Shown here piece by piece: positions 47,488-59,787 of a stretch of 64,000 bases of DNA (the stretch's first letter is position 1; every line of letters starts with the position of its first letter). The translations under genes were made by a program, and so were the position numbers. This stretch comes from Chloroflexota bacterium (GTDB lineage Bacteria > Chloroflexota > Dehalococcoidia > SHYD01): the NCBI GenBank assembly GCA_016190485.1, contig JACPQN010000066.1:8446-72445 (forward strand). Reading direction: 5' to 3'. Below the pieces are notes generated by a model. It made no database searches. It saw nothing but the letters and a program-made list of their open reading frames with translations, and had not been told where the DNA came from.

Positions 47488-47889
47488 ATGTCTCTCACCC
47501 TTACTGAGGCGAACCGGATTGTGCAGGGGGCCATTGCCAGGGCCCAGGAGTTGGACATCAGGATCAGCGTTGCGGTGTGCGACGCCGGCGGGCGGCTGAT
47601 GGCCTTCGCCCGCATGGACGGGGCCATCTGGGGGAGCGTGTACGGGTCCCAGGGCAAGGCGGTGGCCTCCGCGGCCTTCGGGCGCGCCAGCGGGCTGCTT
47701 CAGGAGCGGGCCGATACGCCCATCATCCGGGGGATTGCGGCCGCGGAAGGGGGGCACATGATCCCCAGCCAGGGAGCCGTGCCGGTGCTGAAAGACGGGG
47801 TGGTGGTGGGCGCCTGCGGCGTGGGCGGTGGGACGTCCCAGCAGGACGAAGACTGCGCCCAGGCGGGAGTGGCGGCCCTGGGAGCTTAG
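47488..47889 (+). CDS. GlcG/HbpS-like heme-binding (DUF336) protein
   Basis: 133 aa, LTLxxAxxIxxAAxxxAxELxxxVxIAVxDxGGxLxAF pattern. Confidence 0.8.
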   Translation: MSLTLTEANRIVQGAIARAQELDIRISVAVCDAGGRLMAFARMDGAIWGSVYGSQGKAVASAAFGRASGLLQERADTPIIRGIAAAEGGHMIPSQGAVPVLKDGVVVGACGVGGGTSQQDEDCAQAGVAALGA

Positions 47890-47912
47890 CGGCCTGCCCG
47901 CTCCGCTCGCCC

Positions 47913-50825
47913 CTACTTCCCGCCGGCGTGCTTGGCCAGGGCCTGCCGCAGGAACCCTCCGGTGGCGGAATCCTCCAGCAGGGCGATCTGCTCGGGCGTG
48001 CCGACGCCCAGGACTTCGCCACCGCGGTCGCCGCCGGCGGGTCCCAGGTCGATGATCCAGTCGGCGTTCTTGATCATGTCCAGGTGGTGCTCGATGAGGA
48101 CGACGGTGTTGCCGCCGTCCACCAGGCGCTGGAGCACCCGCAGCAGCGCGGCCACGTCCTCGAAGGAGAGGCCGGTGGTGGGCTCGTCCAGGATGTAGAG
48201 GGTGCGGCCGGTGGCGCGGCGAGCCAGCTCGGTAGAGAGCTTGACCCGCTGGGCCTCGCCGCCGGAGAGGGTGGTGGCCGGCTGGCCCAGGCGGATGTAG
48301 GAGAGGCCCACGGCGTTCAGGGTGTCTAGCTTGGACTTCACGTTGGAGAAGGCGTCGAAGAGCTCTGCCGCCTCCTCCACGGTCATGTCCAGCACCTCGG
48401 CGATGTTCTTGCCCTTGAAGTAGATCTCCAGGGCCTCCCGGTTGTAGCGCTTGCCCTTGCAGACCTCGCAGGGGACCTCGATGTCGGGGAGGAAGTGCAT
48501 CTCGATCTGGACGAAGCCCTCGCCGCGGCAGGCCTCGCAGCGACCGCCCTTGACGTTGAAGGAGAAGCGCCCCGGCGCGTAGCCCCGCACCCGCGCCTCC
48601 GGCACCGAGGCGAAGAGGTCTCGGATGGGGGTGAAGGCGCCGGTGTAGGTGGCCGGATTGCTGCGAGGCGTGCGGCCGATGGGCGACTGGTCGATGCTGA
48701 TGACCTTGTCGATATGCTCTACGCCCAGGATGGTGGCGCACTCTCCGGGCTTCTCCTTGGCCTTGTAGAGGAGTTGGGCCAGCTTCTTGTAGAGGATCTC
48801 GTAGACCAGGGTGCTCTTGCCGCTGCCGGAGACCCCGGTTATGCACACCAGCTTGGCCAGGGGGATCTCCACGTCCAGGTTCTTGAGGTTGTTCTCCCGG
48901 GCGCCCACGATGGTGATGCGCTTGCCGTTGCCGCCGCGGCGCTGGGCCGGCAGGGGGATGGTGCGGACGCCGGAGAGGTACTGCCCGGTGATGGAGCGGG
49001 GCTCCTCCATCACCTGCTTCAGGGCGCCGGTGGCCACCACGTGCCCGCCGTGCTCGCCGGCGCCGGGGCCCATGTCGATGATGTGGTCGGCGGCCCGCAT
49101 CATGGCCTCGTCGTGCTCCACGATGATGATGGTGTTGCCCAGGTCTCGGAGCTTGACCAGGGTGTCGATGAGGCGATAGTTGTCCACCGGGTGCAGGCCG
49201 ATGGAGGGCTCGTCGCAGACATAGAGCACGCCCATGAGGCCCGATCCGATCTGGGTGGCCAGGCGGATGCGCTGGGCCTCTCCGCCCGAGAGGGTGGCCG
49301 CGGTGCGGTCCAGGGTGATGTAGTCCAGGCCCACGTCCACCAGGAAGCTGAGGCGTCCCCGCAACTCCTTGAGGATCTGGTGGGCGATGGTCTCCTCCCT
49401 GGGGGTCAGGGGGCTGGGCTGGGGGCTGGCGCCCGCCAGGTAGTCCACCCAGCGGAGCGCCTCGGAGATGGACATGCCGGTGACGCCGGCGATGTTCCTG
49501 TCGGCCACCGTGACCGCCAGGGCCTCGGGCTTGAGCCGCTTGCCCAGGCAGGTGGGACAGGGGGTGGCGGCCATGTAGCGCTCGATCTCGCTGCGGATGT
49601 AGTCGGAGTCGGTCTCTCGGTAGCGGCGGGTGAGGTTGGGGATGACGCCTTCGAAGCTGGACTCCCACTCGTAGACGTGGCCCCGGCGGGTCTCGTGGCG
49701 CATGGTCAGGCCCTTGCCCTGGTCGCCGTAGAGGAGCACCTCCAGGTGTTCGGGGGAGAGCTGGCGCACCGGGACGTGGGTGGAGAAGCCGTAGCGCTGG
49801 GCCGCGGAGGCGAGCATGCTGCCGTACCAGGGGCTCATGGAGCCGGCCCGTTGCCAGGGTTGGATGGCCCCTTCCGCCAGGCTCAGCGCCTTGTTGGGGA
49901 TGACCAGGTCCGGGTCGACCTCCAGCTTGGCGCCCAGGCCGGTGCAATCGGAGCAGGCGCCGTGGGGGCTGTTGAAGCTGAAGGTGCGGGGCGCGAGCTC
50001 TCCCAGGCTGGTGCCGCAGTAGACGCAGGAGAAGTGCTCGGAGAAGAGGAGCTCTTCGCCGTCCACCACGCTGATGAGCGCCACGCCGCCGCCCAGACGC
50101 AGGGCGGTCTCGACAGAGTCGGTGATGCGGGTCCGATGGGGGTCGGGCTGCGCGCCATCACCGGCAGCCACGGCCCGCTCGTCCTGAGTGGGGATGACGA
50201 GGCGGTCCACCACCACCTGGATGGTGTGGCGGCGGTTGCGGTCCAGGGGGATGTTGTCGGTCAGCTCCCGGATGGCGCCGTCTACCCGCACCCGCACGTA
50301 GCCGGCCTTGCGCAGGTCTTCGAGGATCCCGGTGTGCTCGCCCTTGCGGTCCTGGATGAGGGGTGCCATGACCATGAAACGGGAGCCTTCCGGGAGGGAG
50401 GCCACGGCATCCACGATCTGCTGGACGGTCTGGCGCTGCACCGGGCGGCCGCAGGAAGGGCAGTGGGGGTGGCCCGCCCGGGCGAAGAGGAGGCGCAGGT
50501 AGTCGTAGACCTCCGTCACCGTGGCCACGGTGGAGCGGGGATTGCGGCTGCCGCTCTTCTGATCGATGGAGATGGCGGGGCTCAGCCCTTCGATGTAATC
50601 CACGTCGGGCTTCTCCATCTGGCCCAGGAACTGGCGGGCGTAGGCCGAGAGGGATTCCACGTAGCGGCGCTGCCCCTCGGCGTAGATGGTGTCGAAGGCC
50701 AGGGAAGACTTGCCCGAGCCGGAGAGGCCGGTGATGACCACCAGCCGGTCCCGAGGGATGACCACGTCAATGTTCTTGAGGTTGTGCTCCCGCGCCCCGC
50801 GGACGTAGATGGCATCCAGCGGCAT
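47913..50825 (-). CDS. uvrA: excinuclease ABC subunit A
   Basis: two ABC ATPase modules, zinc fingers; start set at [18 protein letters not shown] (ORF opens at 51026). Confidence 0.9.
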   Translation of the reverse strand: MPLDAIYVRGAREHNLKNIDVVIPRDRLVVITGLSGSGKSSLAFDTIYAEGQRRYVESLSAYARQFLGQMEKPDVDYIEGLSPAISIDQKSGSRNPRSTVATVTEVYDYLRLLFARAGHPHCPSCGRPVQRQTVQQIVDAVASLPEGSRFMVMAPLIQDRKGEHTGILEDLRKAGYVRVRVDGAIRELTDNIPLDRNRRHTIQVVVDRLVIPTQDERAVAAGDGAQPDPHRTRITDSVETALRLGGGVALISVVDGEELLFSEHFSCVYCGTSLGELAPRTFSFNSPHGACSDCTGLGAKLEVDPDLVIPNKALSLAEGAIQPWQRAGSMSPWYGSMLASAAQRYGFSTHVPVRQLSPEHLEVLLYGDQGKGLTMRHETRRGHVYEWESSFEGVIPNLTRRYRETDSDYIRSEIERYMAATPCPTCLGKRLKPEALAVTVADRNIAGVTGMSISEALRWVDYLAGASPQPSPLTPREETIAHQILKELRGRLSFLVDVGLDYITLDRTAATLSGGEAQRIRLATQIGSGLMGVLYVCDEPSIGLHPVDNYRLIDTLVKLRDLGNTIIIVEHDEAMMRAADHIIDMGPGAGEHGGHVVATGALKQVMEEPRSITGQYLSGVRTIPLPAQRRGGNGKRITIVGARENNLKNLDVEIPLAKLVCITGVSGSGKSTLVYEILYKKLAQLLYKAKEKPGECATILGVEHIDKVISIDQSPIGRTPRSNPATYTGAFTPIRDLFASVPEARVRGYAPGRFSFNVKGGRCEACRGEGFVQIEMHFLPDIEVPCEVCKGKRYNREALEIYFKGKNIAEVLDMTVEEAAELFDAFSNVKSKLDTLNAVGLSYIRLGQPATTLSGGEAQRVKLSTELARRATGRTLYILDEPTTGLSFEDVAALLRVLQRLVDGGNTVVLIEHHLDMIKNADWIIDLGPAGGDRGGEVLGVGTPEQIALLEDSATGGFLRQALAKHAGGK

Positions 50826-50867
50826 AGACACCTCTTGTGCGAGACTGTTTAGTAAGACCCCCAAATC

Positions 50868-50980
50868 CCTTGCAAGGGGCCCTTCGGCTGCGCTCAGGAC
50901 AAGGTTCACGGAACCCCTTCGGGGTTTGACATATTCGGGGGCACATCCCCCGAACCCCCTGGCAAAGCATGCCCTGAGCC
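50868..50980. repeat. structured repeat cluster upstream of uvrA: inverted pair of minisatellite units plus nested small hairpins
   Basis: cccttcggctgcgctcaggacaagg ... gccctgagcctgccgaaggg (inverted), AACCCCttcGGGGTT, TTCGGGGGcacaTCCCCCGAA. Confidence 0.7.
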
Positions 50981-51243
50981 TGCCGAAGGGAGGCTGCGCC
51001 TCTCTGCACGCTCCCTTGTTAAACACTCTCCTTGTGCTCCGGTTGACCGATGCTTATGCCCCCTGTGGGGCGCCTGTTATAGGGCGTACGGGGAGCGCCG
51101 GCCGGAGCTATCGTTGGTCTGAATAGGGAATTGTAGCACTAAATGGGGAACTTGTGCGACTTGGGGAATTGGGGAGTTGCCGTAACCCGCGCGGCGTTGC
51201 TCGGTTATACTGGGTGTATACTGGCTACTGAGGACACTGCGGC

Positions 51244-51981
51244 GTGGCGATTGCTCAGGAAGAGAAGGCGGCCCTGCGGGGGCATCCCAGCTACGTCTGG
51301 CGGTTCGGACAGGAGCGCCGCCTGGCGCTGGTGCGCCGCTACGTGCCTCTGGAGGGCAGGCGTGTGCTGGACATTGGCTGCGGCCTGGGGATATATGTCC
51401 GCAAGTTCCAGGAGCTGAGCGAGGGGGCCTGCGGCATCGACGTGGAGTTCGACCGGGTGCGGGAGGGCGCCAAGTTCGTCCCGAATCTGATGGTGGCCCG
51501 GGGAGAGGACCTGCCCTACCGGGATGGTAGCTTCGATGTGGTGTTTCTGAACGAGGTGCTGGAGCACGTGGAGGACGACCGCCAAACGCTGCGGGAGGCC
51601 AGCCGGGTGCTGAGGCCCGGCGGCCATGTGGTGATCTTTGCGCCCAACCGGCTCTACTTCTTCGAGACCCACGGCTTCTACCTGGGCAAACGGTTCGTCT
51701 TCCGGCTGCTGCCCCTGGTCAACTGGCTGCCCGATGCCCTGCGCCGCATCTTCGTCCCCCAGGTACGGGCCTATCTCGCCGGGGACCTGGAGCGGCTGTG
51801 GCGCGGGCTCCCCCTGCGGCAGGTGGCGCACAGCTACGTCTATCCTGGCTTCGATAACATTGTGCACCGCCGGCCGCAGCTAGGGGGGCTGCTGCGACGG
51901 GTCTTCTATCTGTGCGAGGCCACGCCCCTGCGGGTGTTCGGCCTCTCCCATTTTCTGGTGCTCCAGAAGACGCAGGGGTAA
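51244..51981 (+). CDS. class I SAM-dependent methyltransferase
   Basis: VLDIGCGLGIY motif I, acidic motif II, post-I D/E. Confidence 0.8.
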   Translation: MAIAQEEKAALRGHPSYVWRFGQERRLALVRRYVPLEGRRVLDIGCGLGIYVRKFQELSEGACGIDVEFDRVREGAKFVPNLMVARGEDLPYRDGSFDVVFLNEVLEHVEDDRQTLREASRVLRPGGHVVIFAPNRLYFFETHGFYLGKRFVFRLLPLVNWLPDALRRIFVPQVRAYLAGDLERLWRGLPLRQVAHSYVYPGFDNIVHRRPQLGGLLRRVFYLCEATPLRVFGLSHFLVLQKTQG

Positions 51982-51986
51982 CGGCC

Positions 51987-54890
51987 ATGGCCCACCGCTT
52001 TCTCTACCGGAAGCACCTGAAAGGCCAGGGAAACAAGGGATCGGGCTTCTTTCAGGTGCTGGCCGCCTCGGGAGGCGTGGCGCTGGCAGGGGCCCTGCTG
52101 CTCCTAGTGGCGTCCGTGGGTGGCGCACTGGGCCTCTATGCGCTGATCGCACAGGACCTACCCTCGCCGGACACCCTGGCCACGCGGGAGGTGGCCCGCA
52201 GCACCAAGATCCTGGACCGCAAGGGCCGGCTGCTCTATGAGATGTTTGACCCGCAGTTGGGCCGACGCACCACGGTGCCCCTGAAGGACATCTCTCCCTA
52301 TCTCATTCAGGCCACCATAGCCACGGAGGATGCCGACTTCTTCGAGAACCAGGGGGTCAACCTGCGGGGTATCCTGCGGGCCGTGTGGAGCAATATCACA
52401 CAGCAACGGGGTCTCCAGGGGGGCAGCTCTATCACCCAGCAGCTCGTGAAGAACGTGCTGATCGCGGAGGAGGAGCGCACGCAGCTCAGCCTGCTACGCA
52501 AGGTGAAGGAGGTCATGCTCTCCCTGGAGTTGACCCGGCGCTACACCAAAGAGCAGATCCTTGAGTATTACCTGAACGAGATCTACTACGGCAACGTGAG
52601 CTATGGCGTGGAGTCTGCTGCCCAGAGCTACTTTGCCAAGTCGGCCAGGGAGTTGGATCTGGCCGAGGCCGCGATGCTGGCCGGGCTGCCTCAGGCGCCG
52701 GCCCTCTACTCTCCCCTGGTAGACCGAGAGCGGGCGGAGCAGCGGCAGCACGCCGTGCTGGACCTGCTAGTGCGCCAGGGCTTCATCACCCAGAGCGAGG
52801 CCAATGTGGCCAAGGGGAAGAAGCTGGAGTACAAGTCGGCCAGCTTCCCCATCAAGGCGCCCCATTTCGTCATGTACGTCCAGGAGCTGCTGACGGAGAA
52901 GTACGGCGCTCGGGCCCTCTATCGCACGGGCTACGAGGTGACCACCGCCCTGGACCTGGATCTGCAGGAGCTGGGCGAGGAGCTGGTGCGAGACCAGGTA
53001 GAGAAGACGAGGAACACCATCAACGGCCACAATGCGGCCCTGGTGGCCATCGATCCCCGTACGGGGGAAATCCTGGCCATGGTGGGCAGCGTGGACTACT
53101 TCGACTCCTCCATTGACGGGCAGGTGAACATCGCGACGGCGGAGCGGCAGCCCGGCTCCACCTTCAAGCCCTTCAACTACGCGACGGCCTTCATGAAGGG
53201 CTACACGCCGGCCACCATGCTGCTAGATGTGCCCACCACCATCCGGGACAACATCAACCCGCCGTACCGCCCGGAGAACTTCAACAAGCGGTTCAGCGGG
53301 CCGGTCTCTGTCCGGGAGGCCCTGGCCAACTCCATGAACGTGCCCGCCATCAAGACCATCGAGGCGGTGAGCATCGAGGCGGTGCTGGATACAGCGCATG
53401 CTATGGGGATCACCACCCTCAACCGCAAGGGCTGGTACGGGCTGTCGCTCACCCTGGGTGGCGGCGAGGTGAAGCTGCTGGACCTGACCTACGCCTTCGG
53501 CACCTTTGCCAACATGGGCGTGATGAAGGGGACGCCTACGCCCACCGAGCGGCAGCGTCCCGGCCTGCGGACCGTGGACCCCGTGGCCATCCTCAAGATC
53601 GTGGATTCCAGCGGCAAGGTGCTAGAGGAGTACAAGGAGCCGCAGGAGCGCCGAGCGCTCCAGGCGGAGTATGCCTACCTCATCACCCATATCCTGTCGG
53701 ACAACGAGGCCCGGGTGCCGGTGTTCGGGAGCGCCCTGCGGCTCCCCGGCGGGCGGCCGGCCGGCGTCAAGACCGGCACCACAGAGGACTTGCGGGACTT
53801 CTGGACCGTGGGCTACACGCCGGGCCTGGTGACGGGGGTGTGGATGGGCAACGCCAACAACGCCAAGCTGACCAGCGGGTTCAGCGGCACCACCACCGCG
53901 CCGATCTGGGAGAAGTTCATGGCCCAGGCGCTGGAGGGAACGCCCATCATCCCCTTCCAGGCCCCGCCTGGCATCGTGACGGCGCGGGTGTGCGTGCCCT
54001 CGGGCCTGCTGCCCAGCCCCATCTGCCCGAAGACCCGCCAGGAGCTCTTTGTGCGGGGGCAGGCGCCTACTCAGGAGGACAACCTTTACAAGGCCTACCG
54101 TATAGACAAGACCACCGGCAAGCTGGCCACCAGCAGGACGCCCCCCGAGAACGTGGAGGAGCGGGTGTACCTGGCGCTACCGGAGGACGCGAAGGAGTGG
54201 GCGAAACAGAACGGCATTGAGCAGCCGCCGGAGGAAGCGCCCGCGCTGCCTGTCCAGGCGGGGCAACCCGCCCGGTCCCCCGATGGCGGGGCTGCAGCCC
54301 CAGGCCGGACGGCCATCACCGCGCCGGCGCCCGGCGCGCTGGTGCGGGGTATCGTGCCGGTGAAGGGCACGATAGGGGGCCAGGGGCTGGAGCAGTACAC
54401 GTTGGAGATCGGGCAGGGCCAGGCGCCCAGGGAGTGGACAGTGCTGGCCGGGCCCCGCAAAGAGGCGATGGAGGAGGGGCTCCTGGCCGCCCTGGACACC
54501 GCCCGCTTTGAGAGCGGCCCCTATACCCTGCGCCTGACGGTGGTGCGCAGCGGCGGTTCCACGGAGCAGATGGGGATGGCTCTCACGATTGATAACGTCA
54601 GACCCACCGTACGGATTGTGACGCCAGGGACCAACGCGCTGCTGGTGATGGACGGGGTGAACATCAAGGACGTGTATGGGCTTCAGGCCGTCGCCTCAGA
54701 CGCCTTTGGCGTCGCCAGGGTGGAGTTCTACGTGGACGGGGCGCGCATTGGATCGGTGGGGGGCGCGCCCTACGACTTCCAGTGGCGGCTGAGCCCCGGC
54801 AGCCACAGTATCTTCGCCGTTGCCGTGGACAGGGCGGGCAACTCGTCCCAGAGCGAGATGGTGACGGTGCAGGTGCGGGCCAGCGGGTAG
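51987..54890 (+). CDS. class A penicillin-binding protein (transglycosylase/transpeptidase) with C-terminal Ig-like domain
   Basis: GT51 motifs EDxxF, RGGSTITQQ; transpeptidase STFKP (SxxK), SMN, KTG. Confidence 0.85.
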   Translation: MAHRFLYRKHLKGQGNKGSGFFQVLAASGGVALAGALLLLVASVGGALGLYALIAQDLPSPDTLATREVARSTKILDRKGRLLYEMFDPQLGRRTTVPLKDISPYLIQATIATEDADFFENQGVNLRGILRAVWSNITQQRGLQGGSSITQQLVKNVLIAEEERTQLSLLRKVKEVMLSLELTRRYTKEQILEYYLNEIYYGNVSYGVESAAQSYFAKSARELDLAEAAMLAGLPQAPALYSPLVDRERAEQRQHAVLDLLVRQGFITQSEANVAKGKKLEYKSASFPIKAPHFVMYVQELLTEKYGARALYRTGYEVTTALDLDLQELGEELVRDQVEKTRNTINGHNAALVAIDPRTGEILAMVGSVDYFDSSIDGQVNIATAERQPGSTFKPFNYATAFMKGYTPATMLLDVPTTIRDNINPPYRPENFNKRFSGPVSVREALANSMNVPAIKTIEAVSIEAVLDTAHAMGITTLNRKGWYGLSLTLGGGEVKLLDLTYAFGTFANMGVMKGTPTPTERQRPGLRTVDPVAILKIVDSSGKVLEEYKEPQERRALQAEYAYLITHILSDNEARVPVFGSALRLPGGRPAGVKTGTTEDLRDFWTVGYTPGLVTGVWMGNANNAKLTSGFSGTTTAPIWEKFMAQALEGTPIIPFQAPPGIVTARVCVPSGLLPSPICPKTRQELFVRGQAPTQEDNLYKAYRIDKTTGKLATSRTPPENVEERVYLALPEDAKEWAKQNGIEQPPEEAPALPVQAGQPARSPDGGAAAPGRTAITAPAPGALVRGIVPVKGTIGGQGLEQYTLEIGQGQAPREWTVLAGPRKEAMEEGLLAALDTARFESGPYTLRLTVVRSGGSTEQMGMALTIDNVRPTVRIVTPGTNALLVMDGVNIKDVYGLQAVASDAFGVARVEFYVDGARIGSVGGAPYDFQWRLSPGSHSIFAVAVDRAGNSSQSEMVTVQVRASG

Positions 54891-54948
54891 CATCCTTGTC
54901 CGAGGAGTTCGGCATGAGGGTAGTCTTGAGTTCTTCATGGAGGGTAGG

Positions 54949-54982
54949 GGCCTGTCCTGAGCAACGTCGAAGGGCTTGTCCC
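54949..54982 (-). repeat. intergenic minisatellite-unit copy (reverse orientation)
   Basis: ggcctgtcctgagcaacgtcgaagggcttgtcc. Confidence 0.7.
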
Positions 54983-55079
54983 CCACCCTCGGGCGGGCCA
55001 CAAGGCCCCGCCCTACAAGAAAGGTTCTCGGTTTTTCCGCCAGCGCTGCGCGTAGAGCCGGCGTTACGCTGCTGAGAAG

Positions 55080-55126
55080 GTACAGAGAGAGGCCGGTCGC
55101 AGGATGCGACCGGCCTCTCTCTGTAC
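55080..55126. terminator. bidirectional terminator hairpin (21-bp perfect stem) between the PBP gene and groEL
   Basis: GTACAGAGAGAGGCCGGTCGC-aggat-GCGACCGGCCTCTCTCTGTAC. Confidence 0.6.
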
Positions 55127-55143
55127 GGGTTCTCTAGCGGGAG

Positions 55144-56841
<1,698 letters not shown>

Positions 56842-57150
56842 CTAGGACGTTTTCGCCAGGACGTCGGACTCCCGCAAGATAAGGTACTCCACGTCCTCCA
56901 GCTTGACCTCTGTGCCGGAGTACTTGGAGAAGATCACCTTGTCGCCCTTTTTCAGGTCCATGGCGATGCGCTTGCCGTCGTCGGTCATGCGGCCCGGCCC
57001 CACGGCGATCACCTCGCCCTCCTGGGGCTTTTCCTTGGCGGTGTCGGGCAGCACGATGCCGCTCTTGGTCACCTCTTCCCGCTCCAGCGGACGCACCACG
57101 ACGCGGTCTCCCAGGGGAACGAGACTGGTTGCGGATACGGTAGTCATCAA
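56842..57150 (-). CDS. groES: co-chaperonin GroES
   Basis: 102 aa, mobile loop and roof hairpin motifs. Confidence 0.95.
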   Translation of the reverse strand: MMTTVSATSLVPLGDRVVVRPLEREEVTKSGIVLPDTAKEKPQEGEVIAVGPGRMTDDGKRIAMDLKKGDKVIFSKYSGTEVKLEDVEYLILRESDVLAKTS

Positions 57151-57189
57151 CTCCTCCTCTCCTGTACTGGTCGCTCAGTTCCGATGTGC

Positions 57190-57216
57190 TGGCACTCGCC
57201 ATTAGAGAGTGCTAAT
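57190..57216. promoter_or_regulatory. CIRCE element (HrcA operator) upstream of groES
   Basis: TGGCACTC-N9-GAGTGCTAA versus consensus TTAGCACTC-N9-GAGTGCTAA. Confidence 0.7.
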
Positions 57217-57363
57217 CTCGGCGCCAAAAAAAGGATCTTCCTCTGTGGGACCTCCTTTTGAAAGAAACCCACCTGCGGCGGGCCGGAGCGGTAGGCAGGT
57301 CTGCCCGTGGTAGGCAGGCGCGTGCTCAGGATTGAGCGGGCACGCTGAGCGCCTATGGAGGCG

Positions 57364-57564
57364 CTAGAAGTCCCACTGGATCTCTTCCGGTTTGGCGCCC
57401 AGCCCCTTTTTCTTCGCCTCATCCCGGATGGCCAGCAGGCCGGCGTTGGGGTCGTCGGTAATCTTGACCCATTCCTGCCCGCCAGGCGCGTTCACGCCGA
57501 CGCCGACGCGCCGCACTTTGTTGGACTGGGTGTTGAGGTAGATCCCTGCTTTCTGCTCTGCCAT
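57364..57564 (-). CDS. hypothetical small protein (66 aa from MAEQK; ORF opens at 57627) between two CIRCE elements
   Basis: ORF with GC3-rich codon usage; GIYLNTQSNKVRRVGVGVNAPGGQEWVKITDDP; no confident family. Confidence 0.35.
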   Translation of the reverse strand: MAEQKAGIYLNTQSNKVRRVGVGVNAPGGQEWVKITDDPNAGLLAIRDEAKKKGLGAKPEEIQWDF

Positions 57565-57653
57565 GACTCTCTCCGTGGGCTGCGCTGAACATGGGACCAG
57601 AGGCATTGTCGGCCCTATTTTAGGCAAGGGGGGCGCGCCTTGTCAAGAGGAAA

Positions 57654-57680
57654 TTAGCACTTTGGCGACAAGAGTGCTAA
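57654..57680. promoter_or_regulatory. second CIRCE element
   Basis: TTAGCACTT-N9-GAGTGCTAA, near-perfect consensus. Confidence 0.75.
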
Positions 57681-57909
57681 CTACGCCCATCTGTAGACCA
57701 CCAGTGGTTCTGTCCGCCATAGCAAGGGCTGTGAGAGTGTTCAATAAGCCCGTTCTTCGAGCCCGCCGGCAGGCGGGCAGGCCTGGTCGAGAGGACACAC
57801 ACGCTCGACCAACGCCCTTGATAAACACCCTCGGGGCCGTCCACATCGGGGTCGTCAACCTTGACGGGAAGCGCCACCCCCTGCTAAGATACCCTTTAGT
57901 CCAACAGAG

Positions 57910-58233
57910 GTGAGAGCGATTTACGCGATCGTGGAGAGCGGCGGCAAGCAGTATCGGGTGACCGAGGGGCAGACCTTGGACCTGGAGTTGCTGCATGCGC
58001 CGGAGGGCGAGACCGTCGAGCTGGACAAGGTGCTGTTGCTAGAGCAGGACGGCGCGGTGGCGCTGGGCAAGCCCTATGTGGCGGGTGCCAGGGTGCTGGC
58101 CGAGGTGGTGGGCGAGGTGAAGGGCGATAAGCTCATCGTCTTCAAGTACAAGCCCAAGGTGCGGTACCGTCGCAAGACGGGGCACCGCCAGCATTACACC
58201 AGGGTCCAGGTCAAGACTATTCAGTCGCCCTAG
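57910..58233 (+). CDS. rplU: 50S ribosomal protein L21
   Basis: [15 protein letters not shown]-terminus typical of bL21. Confidence 0.85.
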   Translation: MRAIYAIVESGGKQYRVTEGQTLDLELLHAPEGETVELDKVLLLEQDGAVALGKPYVAGARVLAEVVGEVKGDKLIVFKYKPKVRYRRKTGHRQHYTRVQVKTIQSP

Positions 58234-58265
58234 CGGGGGCGCTTCAGAGAAGGGGCAGAGGGTTC

Positions 58266-58526
58266 ATGGCGCACAAGAAGGGCGGCGGGAGCTCCCGGAA
58301 CGGGCGTGACAGCCAGCCAAAGCGGCTGGGCGTGAAGCGGTTCGATGGCCAGCAGGTGCTGGCAGGCACCATCATCGTGCGGCAGCGGGGGACCCGCATC
58401 TTCCCCGGCACTAACGTGGGTCTGGGGCGGGATTTCACCCTCTACTCCCTGGTGCACGGTCGCGTCAAGTTCGAGCCGGCGGGGCGGGACCGCCGACAGG
58501 TGAGCGTCTACCCCGTGGAGGCATAG
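58266..58526 (+). CDS. rpmA: 50S ribosomal protein L27
   Basis: [24 protein letters not shown]. Confidence 0.9.
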   Translation: MAHKKGGGSSRNGRDSQPKRLGVKRFDGQQVLAGTIIVRQRGTRIFPGTNVGLGRDFTLYSLVHGRVKFEPAGRDRRQVSVYPVEA

Positions 58527-58532
58527 CCAGCG

Positions 58533-58736
58533 GTGAAGGCCAAAATCCACCCCCAGTACGTCGAGGCCACGGTGCACTGCATCTGCGGCAACACCTTCCA
58601 GGTGGGGTCCACCAAGCCCATGCTGCGGGTGGAGGTGTGCAGCCGGTGCCATCCCTTCTTCACCGGCGAGCAGCGCATCATGGACAGGGGTGGCCGGGTC
58701 GAGCGCTTCAAGCGCCGCTTCAATATCAAAGACTGA
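58533..58736 (+). CDS. rpmE: 50S ribosomal protein L31 (zinc-binding type)
   Basis: MKAKIHPQY...CxCG...[10 protein letters not shown]. Confidence 0.9.
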   Translation: MKAKIHPQYVEATVHCICGNTFQVGSTKPMLRVEVCSRCHPFFTGEQRIMDRGGRVERFKRRFNIKD

Positions 58737-58804
58737 AGCTACCTGCTGCGACCCCGGGCTGAGCGGAGCATCCCTCAGCCCTTTCTTTTTACGGAGACGC
58801 AGCC

Positions 58805-59719
58805 TTGCCTCCAACCCCCTCCTACGGCGGACAGGCAGTGCTGGAAGGCGTGCTGATGCGCGGCCGCACGTTGCTGGCGGTGGCCGTCCGCAAGCCCGAC
58901 GGCGCAATCATCACCAAAGTAGAGCCCACGGGCTTCTGGGGCCGCACGCCGCTGCGGCGGGTCCCCTTACTGCGGGGCGTGCTCATCCTGGGAGAGTCCC
59001 TTGCTCAGGGCATGGCGGCCCTACAGTGGTCCGCCAACGTGGCCCTGGGCGAGGAGGGCGAGGAGCTGACGGGCCGGCAGATGGCCCTGGTTTTAGCCGG
59101 GGCTCTGGTGGTCACTGCAGTGGTCTTCTTTGCGACGCCGGCCCTGGCCGCGGGTTGGACCGAGGGCTTTCTGCCGCCGCCCCTGGTGCACCTGGTGGAG
59201 GGCGGCATCCGGATCGGGCTGCTGCTGGCCTACCTGTGGCTCATAGGCCGGATGCCGGACATCCAGCGGGTCTTTGCGTATCACGGCGCGGAGCACAAGA
59301 CCATTCACGCTTTCGAGGCGAGTGTACCCCTGACCATTGCGGAGGTACAGCGCTTCAGTCCGGCGCACCCCCGGTGTGGCACCAGTTTCATTCTGACGGT
59401 GATGGTGGTGGCGGTGCTGGTCTTTGCGCTCCTGGGCCAGCCGCCACTGGAATGGCGTGTCCTCTCCCGGATCCTGCTGCTGCCCCTGGTAGCGGGCGCG
59501 AGCTACGAGGCGCTGCGCTTCGGCGCGAGTCACCTGGGCAGTGGGATTGTGCGTGCCACGGTAGGCCCCGGGCTGGCGCTCCAGCGGTTGACCACCCGCG
59601 AGCCTGACGACGCCCAGGTGGAGGTGGCCCTGGCCTCCTTCAACGCACTGAGAGCGGCCGAGGCCCAGGGCGAACCGGTGGCGGCTGCTCGGGCGGATGA
59701 GGCTGAGATCAACGCGTGA
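58805..59719 (+). CDS. DUF1385 domain membrane protein (YqhQ-like)
   Basis: AYHGAEHKTI motif, multiple TM helices. Confidence 0.75.
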   Translation: MPPTPSYGGQAVLEGVLMRGRTLLAVAVRKPDGAIITKVEPTGFWGRTPLRRVPLLRGVLILGESLAQGMAALQWSANVALGEEGEELTGRQMALVLAGALVVTAVVFFATPALAAGWTEGFLPPPLVHLVEGGIRIGLLLAYLWLIGRMPDIQRVFAYHGAEHKTIHAFEASVPLTIAEVQRFSPAHPRCGTSFILTVMVVAVLVFALLGQPPLEWRVLSRILLLPLVAGASYEALRFGASHLGSGIVRATVGPGLALQRLTTREPDDAQVEVALASFNALRAAEAQGEPVAAARADEAEINA

Positions 59720-59787
59720 GTGGTGAGAGACGCTGGTTCTCTGGCGCCCAGGCGCCTGCCTGCGTCTTCACGGGGCATCGGTCTCAC

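Noticed and set aside
48495-50852. 785-aa plus-strand ORF
   Set aside because: Antisense shadow ORF of uvrA, Gly/Ala/Asp-rich without motifs.
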